Shown piece by piece: positions 38,420 to 47,495 of a stretch of DNA of 64,000 nt. Source of the DNA: Camelus dromedarius (taxonomy: Eukaryota). Both the position numbers and the translations under genes were made by a program. The first letter of the stretch is position 1; every line of letters starts with the position of its first letter. Where the stretch lies: contig NC_087472.1 in NCBI RefSeq assembly GCF_036321535.1, positions 101,496,001 through 101,560,000 of the forward strand. The letters run 5' to 3'. The notes beneath the pieces are model-generated. The model ran no database searches and was not told where the DNA came from. It saw only the letters and a program-made list of their open reading frames with translations.

Positions 38420-38735
38420 TCTGACTGCGCAGTAGAATTACCTACGGAATTTTTAAAAACCCCAGTGCCCTGGCTGCACCCCACACCAATTAAGTCAGTC
38501 TTGGTAGGGGGACCCAGGCATTGGTCTTTTTTTTTTTTTTAAAGTTCTCAAGTGATAATAAGTTTGAGAACCAGTGCTAAGCCAGCACTTGTCAGACTTG
38601 AACGTGTAGACAAATCATCCCAGGAGCTTGTCGAGGTGCAGGTTCTGATTCAGGAGGCCTGGGTGGGGCCTGAGACTCTGCATTTTTAGCAAGCTCCTTG
38701 GTGATGATGCTGCTGCCCCAAGGACATGGACGATC
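38420..38735. mobile_element. Two adjacent MER5-like MITEs
   Basis: gactgcgcagtagaattacct...ccaattaagtcag...gtttgagaaccagtg, then caaatcatcccaggagcttgt...ttctgattcaggaggcctgggtggggcctgagactctgcatttttagcaagctcc. Confidence 0.75.
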
Positions 38736-41700
38736 CAACTCTGACTTGAAAAACTGATGGCTGCCGACAGGCTCCATAAGGACCAAGGTTGTCAGTATCT
38801 TACAATGGGAAAACACACAGGATCAGGATATATTTTTAGAAAATGAATATCTTAGAGGAAGAGGTTTCTCTAGATAAAAAGAATCTAGATGAGGCTGATT
38901 TCAGGGGGAAAGAAGAGCAGGTCACATCTGCAGGCTGTTGGGGCTGAAGGGGGCATCCCCGGGACTGGGGCCAGGGGACTCCCGTCCTAGAGCATCCGGG
39001 TCCTGGAGGTGGAAGTTGCCCAGTGCAGCCCTGACCACTAAGACTGCTTCCCCTGAGGCTGAGCTCACTTTCCTGGGAGCTTCACAATCTTCCACACAGG
39101 CAGTAGCCCCTGGCTTGACTAGCTACGAGGTAACCCCTGTCCAGCATACCCAGGAACCCAGTTCTCAAGCATTTCCTCAGGGGTGCTTGGCACTGTGGAC
39201 CAGGGGCCTTGTGATCATCCTGAGAGCTTTTTTCTGAGTTGAAAATGCTCTCAATTCACAATATAAAATCAAGCCTCTCCCTAGGTGATATAGGCCTCCA
39301 AGGGGGGCTCCCAGCATGCCCCAGGGCTTTTGTCCAAATTCCCAGCTCAGAAACCAGGCTCTGCCTGCGGTGGTCTCAGGACCCTGTACTGGGTCAGGGT
39401 GGGGTTCACGGTCACATTCTGGACTTCCTTCAGTTGGAGTTGGTGCAGGCTCTTCAGGGGTCCACATGGAATCCTTTAGGATGTGGCTGAGAGTATTAGG
39501 TTATTTGTGAATGTGTGTGTTAAATGCCCACAACAAGGAAATAGATGGATTACGACCTTCAGAATAGTCTAAATTATCTAAGTGGTTAAGTGTTTTCATT
39601 TTTTGAAATTGAGCCATAAATGAATCCTCATTATAATAAGTGTCACTCTATATGGAGGCCCATAGGGTAAATTGAGTGCTTTGTGCACGCTCCGGAAGCA
39701 GGAAGCCTGAGGGGCAGGCCCAGCTTGCAGGGACACCCAGCAGGGCGCAGAGGTGGGGCAGGTCACTGCCTGACTGCCTGGGAGTCAGGCCTCAGGTCGG
39801 CCTCTTCACGAATGTAAGTCCTTGTAAGAAAAACAGCACACACGCCGCTTTGCTTTGGTTTTCTTTTTCTGAGTGTGTCAGAGAAACTCATTCACAGGTC
39901 ACCCCCGTCAGACTCTTCACTGCCCACAAGGAGCTTTCTCATCTACTGTCTCGTCATGAGGGTCTCTCACTGGCCGGTGAAGGTGGGTGGCCGCCATGTT
40001 ACCCTCCAGGGCGCCTGTGGGCCTGACTCTGTGCTCTTTCCACAGTGAGAGCGTGGTGGCCTCTGTGATAACTGGCCTCGGGCGAGTTTTAGTCAGTCTT
40101 TCTGGGTCGCAGTTTCCTCATCTGTAAATGAGGTCGGGAAGATGCTAGAGGTGTAAGCTTTAATGCCCCTGCCAGCCTTGACTTACTATGATTCTGTAAA
40201 TGATAGGCTTATGACAAGAGGCTAAGTATGTGAACGCCAGGCCCAGAGAGGCCTAGATACTCGTTCGTGTACTCCTTCATTCTGAAAGGATTTACCGAAC
40301 ACCTGCTATTCACCAGGTACGGATGTGAAGATGAGGAAGTGAGACAGTACCTCCCTCCTGGAGAAACAAGGAAATAGGCGATGCCAGTCGGAGGGGGAGG
40401 GTCCGGACTGGACAAGGGTAAGTGGAGGTCCTATGGGAGCTCAGTGGGTTTGGGCGGGATCTCAGAGGATGAGACCCTAGAGTCTCACAGGTGGGCAGGA
40501 GTTGGCCAGGTGAAGGCAGAGGCCCGAGAGGGCTCCAAGCTGAGGGGCAGGCCCTAGGGATAGCCTGCCTCTGGTATACTTAGATCTTCATGAGAGTTAG
40601 ACAGAGGGTTCAGGTGACAATTCTGTGACCCAGCTGGTCTCTGAGCCCAACTACTGCCCTGACAGTCCCTGCCCACCTCCCCATCTGCCCTGGGCACTGA
40701 AGCTTTTCCCCACAGTCTTCATCTGAGGGGCACGTAGGCTACACCGGGGTTGGCCCCAGCCCCCAGCCTCTAGCCCCAGCAGCTGGCCAAGGGCCAAGAG
40801 AGGGAGAGTGTACAGCAGCCTGCAGATCCTGATGGTCCACTCCCCATCACTCCCCATCCAGTTTTACCCCCAGGGATAATGGATGCGGGTAGAATAGATG
40901 GCTGACCTCATTTGCATCCATTGCAAACAGTGTTTTGAAAAACAAACTAAAGATTCCCTGCCACCTCTGAAGTAGTGGTGCACCCTCTGCTTGAGCTTTA
41001 GTTGGTGGCCCCTGTGACACTCCTTGACTTGAAGAGGTCCCCCGCGCGCATCTCCTCTGTATTAATCAGCGAGGAGGACCAGCCTCCATCTTCTCTCCAG
41101 TCCTTATCAGGCTTCACAGCTTGTCCTTGGGGACAGACTTGCCCTCTGAACCCTCATCTCAGGAGTTGGTTGTTATTCTCAGGCTCCTGTGGCAGTGACG
41201 CCCCCTCTGCCCACACTGGGTGCGTGCCGGCCCCCAAACTGCTGAGCCAGAGTGGAGGACGAGCAGAGAGGAAGAGAGCAAGAAGCTGCCAGATGGTGCG
41301 TGAGGAAGGCAGGGCCCCTGCTGCCTTCCCCGGTTCCCCAGTGTAGCCCAGGGCCCCACATGGAACCCGATGGGGAGCAGGTACTCCGTGGGGGAAACGC
41401 AAGCCTCATCTCAGCCTCATCTCATCTCAAGGGAAGGGACTGGGGCTGCTCACTGGGCCAACTTCGGCTGTCATCAGGCAGGTCCAAAGCTGTCATATGG
41501 GAGGAGGCAAAAGTGAGATTTTGGCCCTTGGCCCCTGAGATGCTGTACACAGCTCACCCCCCACCTGCAGCCTGGCCTGTTCTGCAGCCCATCTGGCCCC
41601 GGCCCTGTTCCCCTGGAACTCATGGGTGATGACGTGCCCTCCCACCTGCGTGATGTCTGTCTCAGGAAGGCTGGGGGGGGGGAGGCAGGGAGGGAAGCGG

Positions 41701-42074
41701 GGGGGCGGGGGGGGGACTGGAAATTGGCTGGGAGGTTGGAGGCCTCTGAGCCCTCGAGTAACAGAACCATAGCTGCTTGGGGCTACACTCTCTGAGAGTC
41801 AGAACTCTGGTGACCCTTCAGTTCCTCCCAGGCAAGAGGGAGAGAGGAGGGCCCTGGGGGAGAAGAGAAGGAGCAAACAGTTCCGTAATCTTCTGGAAAG
41901 GACCTGGCTACCACTTGAAAGACCTCTGCTGCTCACATCCTCTCTAGTGCACAGCTCTGCGCTGATGGAGAGGATATACCGGTCAGTTTTGCCAGGAGAC
42001 AGAATGTATGGTGAGTGTGGCCCTTACAGCTCCCAATAGGAGAAGGAACCTGTGGTTGACCCTAAACTCACATC

Positions 42075-42272
42075 TCAGCCTCAGTGGACCCTTCAGCTAG
42101 TTACCTAACCTTCCTTATGGAATCAATTTTCTTATCAAGAAAATGGGCACGATTATAGGACCCCTCTCATAGGATTGTTCTGAGGACTGAGGGAAGTAAT
42201 ATATGGAAGGTTCTCAGCATTCTCAGCATAGGGCCTGGCACTAGCAAATGCTTAGTAAATTTTAGTTCCTGC
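42075..42272 (+). mobile_element. MIR SINE
   Basis: agttacctaacc...ttttcttatcaagaaaatggg...ctcataggattgttctgagga...gggcctggcac...gcaaatgcttagtaaat. Confidence 0.75.
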
Positions 42273-42879
42273 TATCTGTGGGAGGAGCAGGGGCCTGTAG
42301 GAGGCACCTGACCTGGCAAGGTTGCTTCCTCAGACTCTGAGCAGGAAGGTTTTGGAGGATTCACAGTCCTAGAACTAGGGCCAGGCAGGGAGTGGAGTGA
42401 GGTTTCACAGGAAATGGTGAGAGCCAGCACCCGAGCTGAAGGTGTGTGCCAAGAACAGGCAGAGGAGGTGTTGAGAAGTTTGCCTTCTTGCCCTCGGAGG
42501 GAGGGTTAGGGAGGCAGAGGAGCAGGGAAGCTGCCACATCTGGAAGGGCAGACAATGTAGCCCATTAGGAGAAAGCAGCGTCCCGGCTGGATAATCCCCA
42601 AGCCACAGAAAGCACGGAACCTGATTTCTCCCGGTGACTGGCCTCACAGACCATCAGAAGCCATGTCTGCTGTTGTCCTTGTCCTCACCGGCCCCACCTG
42701 AGCTTCCCTTCAGCCTTTTGTCACCCTGCCCTGACAGTTCTGGCCACTGTGAGGGACAGGGCGGACCGTGCTGGAGGAGACCATCACAGGACTGCGCATG
42801 GGTGGCCGGCAGAGCTCTGTCCCACCAATGCTGATGCCTCCCCTGGTTTCACTGCAAGGCCTTTTTATGCTAGCCAGTC

Positions 42880-43045
42880 TGTCCAATCAAGGACATGTGC
42901 CCCACTAGACTGTAATTCCCATGGAAGCAGGAGCCTGGTCTGTGTCACTTATGACATCTCCAGCCCCCTACGAAGCCTCAGCATGCAGTAGGCATTCAGC
43001 AAATTGGTTGGATGAATGAATGAATGCACGGAGGAATGAATGAAT
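42880..43045 (+). mobile_element. L2 3' end
   Basis: ccccactagactgtaattcccatggaagcagg...tcact...cagtaggcattcagcaaatt...gaatgaatgaatg. Confidence 0.75.
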
Positions 43046-44650
43046 GGTGTATTGGAGGCATGGCGTTTTTTGAGCTGAATCAGGGAGCACTTCTCAGGAA
43101 AAATGCAAGCCCTTCCCTGGGGCGAGCCTCCTCAGCCTCCCTGGGGGCAGACTGCCTCCCTTCTCTGCCCCAAGGGTATCACTGGCCACCCTGCTGGGCC
43201 ACCTCATGGTTTGGTTTCCTATCCCTAGGGAGCCAGGCTCTGGAGCTGGGCCACAGAGGCTCTGCAGTGTGCCCTGCCAAAGGGCATCACTCCAATCCTT
43301 CTCCATAAAGTTATTTGCACAGCATCCTTCCCTTTGCCCTCCCTTCCTCCTGCTTCAGAGAAACTCCTTGTTCTGTGCATTTGACACGTTTTGATTGGAA
43401 ACATCATGGAGTTGTTCATTTGTTAAAGCTGCCTTCCCGTAGTGAGGCCTCATGCTTGCTTCTAACCCCATGGTGTGCTGGGCCACCTCTCTGGCTTGTT
43501 TTGGAGGTTGTGTTAGTCATTTAAAGGTGAGGAGGACAACTTGACCACAGGACAAAACTCTAGATAGCTCAGACAGGTGAGGACAAGAATCAGAGTTGCC
43601 CAAGGCCTGCCCAGCAAGACTGCAGATTATTGAATTATTATTGAGCCCAACCAGACTCCAGGGCTGCACAGATCCCTGAGTTAGACATGGTGCCTGCCTT
43701 CTCCATGGTAACAAGGCTAAATATGGGCGTGTTTCCATGGAGAGCCATACTGCAGCTGCAGCCCCGCTTCCTCCAGGAAGCACCCACACTGGGCTCCTTT
43801 CGCATCTCAGGAGGTGGCCAGAGGTGCCACAGACATCAAGAAAGCATATCTTACCTTTGAGGATGTTTGTTTCCAACAAGGGTTCCATTTCCCTCGGCCT
43901 GGAATCATCAACATCCCCTCCTCTTGACAGCGAGAAGTTAGGAGAGGTCATGGGTCAGACGGATGAGTCGATGAGGGAAAGTGATGCTGGACCCGATGAG
44001 CGTTTGTGCAAGTTAGCCCATCTTCCTCGTGCTCTGCAGAGTGGCCTCACCTGTTACAGGAGGAAAGGGGTGTCTTTGGTTAGAGGGAGACAACTGTAAT
44101 GACCCTGTGTAAATACACTGCTGTCCCTCTCATCGGACCTCTTTTGGAAGAATGATTGCTGCTATAGGGAGTTTTTTAAATGCTTTCCATAATTGGGATG
44201 GCCCCCTTCCAATTTCCTAGAGTATTCTAATGTGACAGGGTGCTATCTTTTTCTTAAAGGAAAGTAAGTCTTTGCTGCTCGTTTGAATTTGAACCCATCA
44301 AATCTCCGCATATCTTAACTGTCCGGTAGAGCCACGTGGGGTGAAACTTTGTGTCTGTTGAAGGCTAAACATATAGCTGAGTATTCGGCTTCAGAATACT
44401 CTGTTTAACCTCACTTGGCTATTTAGTCATTACATCATCTGTGTTTATAGTTTAATCGTCTGTTAAATTGGGGCTGTCCATGCACAGCTGATCATATGGG
44501 TGTGTTTGTATATATTAGGAAATATTTATAACATGTATGTATATACAGAGAGATGGGTGTGCTCCCCAGTTAACTAAGATACGGAAACTGAGAAAGATGT
44601 GGAGAGAGTTCTTGAGGCTATTATAAGTAGTCTCTGAAGGAAGAGTCATA

Positions 44651-44694
44651 TTGTGTGTTCTGTGTTGCAGGCTGAGTGGCTTCAGAGCCGAGTG
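44651..44694 (+). other. RAI2: 3' splice acceptor and short 5'UTR part of the RAI2 coding exon (exon starts at 44671)
   Basis: ttgtgtgttctgtgttgcag|gctgag: a T/G-rich tract ending in CAG at 44668-44670, immediately upstream of the ATG. The ORF-track start at 44653 is intronic. Confidence 0.85.
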
Positions 44695-46293
44695 ATGGAC
44701 GACCTGCAGTCCCAGAACCTCTCCATGGACATGGCCGACTCCTCTCCCACCTTGACCAATAACAGACTGGAGAATGGCATGGCCCAGCTGATCACCACTG
44801 AGGCCTGGAACATCAACTCCACCGACCTGGTAAAGAAGGCCCTGGTGACCGTGCCGGCCCCATCCATTCTGAACCCCCCGGCCGAGTCCCAGAGCGGCGT
44901 GGCCCTGAAGGTGGCGGCCACTGTGCTGCAGCCCCTGTGCCTCGGGGAGAGCTCAGTGGTGATGCCCATTCACATGCAGGTGGAGGGAAGCTCCGCACCC
45001 GAGCTCAACCCTAACGGCAATGCCACCTACGTCATGACCACACAGGGCCCCGTGCAGCTGCCAGTGGTGCTGGAGCAGCACGTCTTCCAGCACCTCAACT
45101 CCCCCCTGGTCCTGCCGCAGGAGGCCCCGTGTTCCTCCAACGCCATCCACAACAACCTCTTCCAGGGAGCCGAGGACCCCGAGGCCCAGCCGCAGCTCCT
45201 GGACCTGAGGATCCCCAGCCAGCCGCAGGAGCCCACCTTGCCGTTTGAAGCTGTGCTCCAGAATCTGTTCCCCTCGCAGGGTGCTCTTGGCCCCCCACCC
45301 TGTCCGCCTCCTCCGGGATATGCCCCTGTGCCCCCCCAACCCTTTAACTCCCCACTGTCCCCCCTGGTCCCGCCGGCCACACTCCTGGTGCCCTACCCTG
45401 TGATCGTCCCCTTGCCTGTACCGGTCCCCATCCCCATCCCCATCCCAGTGCCTCAGAGTTCTGAATCCAAGTTCAGTTCCAGTTTCCCCAAGCCACCATC
45501 TTCCTTCGGCCTGCACCCCTTTAAAGGCACCCAGCCCCCTCTACAAAAGGAGGAACTGAAGCCCTTCGACATCCTCCAGCCGAGGGAGTACTTCCAGCTC
45601 AGCCGCCACACAGTCATCAAGATGGGGAGTGAGAACGAGGCCCTGGATCTCTCCATGAAGTCGGTGCCCTGGCTCAAGGCTGGCGAAGTCAGCCCCCCGA
45701 TCTGCCAGGAAGATGCAGCCCTAGACCTGTCACTGGCGACCCACCGGAAATCTGGGCCTCCCCCTGAGACTTTATATAACAGCAGCAGGTCAGTGGACAG
45801 CCCAGGTCACACTGTGATGGAGAAACTTCCCAGTGGTGTGGAAATGCCCTTTGCCCCTGCTGCGCCCCACGAGGCCTCAGCCATGATGGATACTCATGTG
45901 GGTGGCAGCAACACCACTGAGCAGCCTAGCCAGCCCAGCCAGCCCTGCCAGCCCAGCGGTGAGGTAAAGGCTGAAAATAACATTGAGATTGTGAGCGAGT
46001 CCCAGGCGGCCAAGGTCATTGTCTCTGTGGAAGACACTGTGCCTACCATCTTCTGTGGCAAGATCAAAGGCCTCTCGGGGGTGTCCACCAAAAACTTCTC
46101 CTTCAAAAGAGAAGACTCCATGCTTCAGGGCTACGACATCCACAGCCAAGGAGAAGAATCCATGGGAAACACGGAGTCCCTTAGGAAACCCATCAAAAAC
46201 CGGAGCATAAAGTTAAAGAAAGTGAACTCCCAGGAAATACACATGCTCCCAATCAAAAAACAACGGCTGGCCACCTTTTTTCCAAGAAAGTGA
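44695..46293 (+). CDS. RAI2: Retinoic acid-induced protein 2 (532 aa), entire CDS in one exon; proline-rich CtBP-binding transcriptional regulator related to SOBP
   Basis: Long ORF 44653..46293; the real start is taken as ATG 44695 (MDDLQSQNLSMDM...), 24 nt after a splice acceptor. The protein has the recognisable RAI2 N-terminus, the proline-rich PATLLVPYPVIVPLPVPVPIPIP segment, two ALDLS motifs and the C-terminus ...HMLPIKKQRLATFFPRK. Codon usage is GC3-rich. Confidence 0.97.
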   Translation: MDDLQSQNLSMDMADSSPTLTNNRLENGMAQLITTEAWNINSTDLVKKALVTVPAPSILNPPAESQSGVALKVAATVLQPLCLGESSVVMPIHMQVEGSSAPELNPNGNATYVMTTQGPVQLPVVLEQHVFQHLNSPLVLPQEAPCSSNAIHNNLFQGAEDPEAQPQLLDLRIPSQPQEPTLPFEAVLQNLFPSQGALGPPPCPPPPGYAPVPPQPFNSPLSPLVPPATLLVPYPVIVPLPVPVPIPIPIPVPQSSESKFSSSFPKPPSSFGLHPFKGTQPPLQKEELKPFDILQPREYFQLSRHTVIKMGSENEALDLSMKSVPWLKAGEVSPPICQEDAALDLSLATHRKSGPPPETLYNSSRSVDSPGHTVMEKLPSGVEMPFAPAAPHEASAMMDTHVGGSNTTEQPSQPSQPCQPSGEVKAENNIEIVSESQAAKVIVSVEDTVPTIFCGKIKGLSGVSTKNFSFKREDSMLQGYDIHSQGEESMGNTESLRKPIKNRSIKLKKVNSQEIHMLPIKKQRLATFFPRK

Positions 46294-46665
46294 ATAATGG
46301 CTTTTTAAAATTTTTATGATTATAATATGGGGAAAGGTGCATTGGTTTTATAAAAAGGCATTTAAAACAAATTATCTTTGTTAATTATTTTGGGGAGTAG
46401 TTGGGGAGTGGGAAGGTGAATTGGCTCTAAAGGCCCTGTAAGCTAGTATCATTTTCTTTTTTAATTTTTGACTTTTCACAAATGAGTAAATAAGAGCAAC
46501 CTATTTTTCAAGCAGATTGCACATTTTTTGCAGCTTTAATGGAACATTGGGTGAATCAGAGGGGTAAAAAAGCTATTTTCATTGCCACAAAGTGCTTTGA
46601 TGATGTAATACCTAATAAAGGGTAGGATGAATACTTCACAATAAATGTTTGTTTGCACTAATTGG
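46294..46665 (+). other. RAI2: RAI2 3'UTR (AT-rich, repeat-free)
   Basis: Abrupt switch to AT-rich sequence after the TGA, ending at two AATAAA hexamers; the 3' end is estimated from the distal hexamer. Confidence 0.75.
46614..46645 (+). terminator. Tandem polyadenylation signals AATAAA (46614-46619 and 46640-46645)
   Basis: cctAATAAAg and cacAATAAAtgtttgtttg; a GT/T-rich tract follows. Confidence 0.75.
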
Positions 46666-47280
46666 TCACAGTATTCTATCATTTATGAGATTTGCATTCC
46701 TTAACTGACATGGTTTGACCAAAACTGTCACTGGTAAAGCGCTACAAGTTCTCTGTGTCGAGGGACCTAAGCTCTTCAGGCATCTTGGGCAGAGAAGAAT
46801 CACATTGGCCTGTGCCCTCAGAAGAGGAGGACAAGGAACAGGTATGACCTTGAGTGAGTCCCTTCCCCTTCTGGCCTTTTTCTTCATTTGTAAAAATGTA
46901 GCAAAGAGAGAGGGTGGGGAGGTGAGCTTCAGATACCTAAGACCCCCTCCAGTTCACATAGACCCTGGATGTGCCAAAATCTGTTTCTGAAACCTTACAT
47001 AGACTAAAACAGACAAATGGCTCTTGAGGAAAATTTAATCTGCTTCCTCCCCTCGCTGCTTCCAGAATTTAGCTGGAAGGACTTTCATTTTAAGGGCAGT
47101 AGGAGTATTGTTCTCAATGACTGGAAGTCTTGCAGGTCAAAGTATTACCCAAGGCCACTCAGAACAAGAGGAAGGTTTGGTGGATTAGGAGGTGTCTCAT
47201 AAGAGTTCCCAACCCTGGGTAGAGATGTTTGGGAGTAGGGTTTTGTAGGGAAGAGAAAGCCATACTTTGTTAGTTTAGCC

Positions 47281-47495
47281 CAGTGGTTCTCAACTGGGGG
47301 TGAGTGTGCCCTCCAGGGAGTATCTGGCGATGCCTGGGGACACTTGGGGTTGCCACAGCTGGAAGAGGGGGTGCCACTGGCCTCTGGTGGGTAGAGACTG
47401 GGACGCTGCCGAACATCCCACCACGCACAGGGCAGCCCCCACAGCACAGAATGATCCAACCCCAGTGTCAGCAGGGCCGAGGCTGAGAACCCGTG
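47281..47495 (+). mobile_element. MER20, full length
   Basis: cagtggttctcaactggggg...gtgggtagagactgggacgctgccgaacatcc...gggccgaggctgagaaccc. Confidence 0.85.

Noticed and set aside
1..44670. Canonical DR5/DR2 retinoic acid response element and the RAI2 first exon or CpG-island promoter
   Set aside because: I found no perfect DR5/DR2 and no large CpG island by eye (39391-39408 is spaced by 6). The main promoter probably lies upstream of the window; a motif scan is needed to be sure.
44653..44694. ORF-track N-terminal extension MCSVLQAEWLQSRV of RAI2
   Set aside because: It begins at a non-ATG codon inside the intronic acceptor tract; the first ATG is at 44695.
44682..46149. Antisense ORFs overlapping RAI2 (e.g. 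44953..45516, 187 aa)
   Set aside because: These are shadow ORFs expected opposite a GC3-rich CDS, with no independent coding features.
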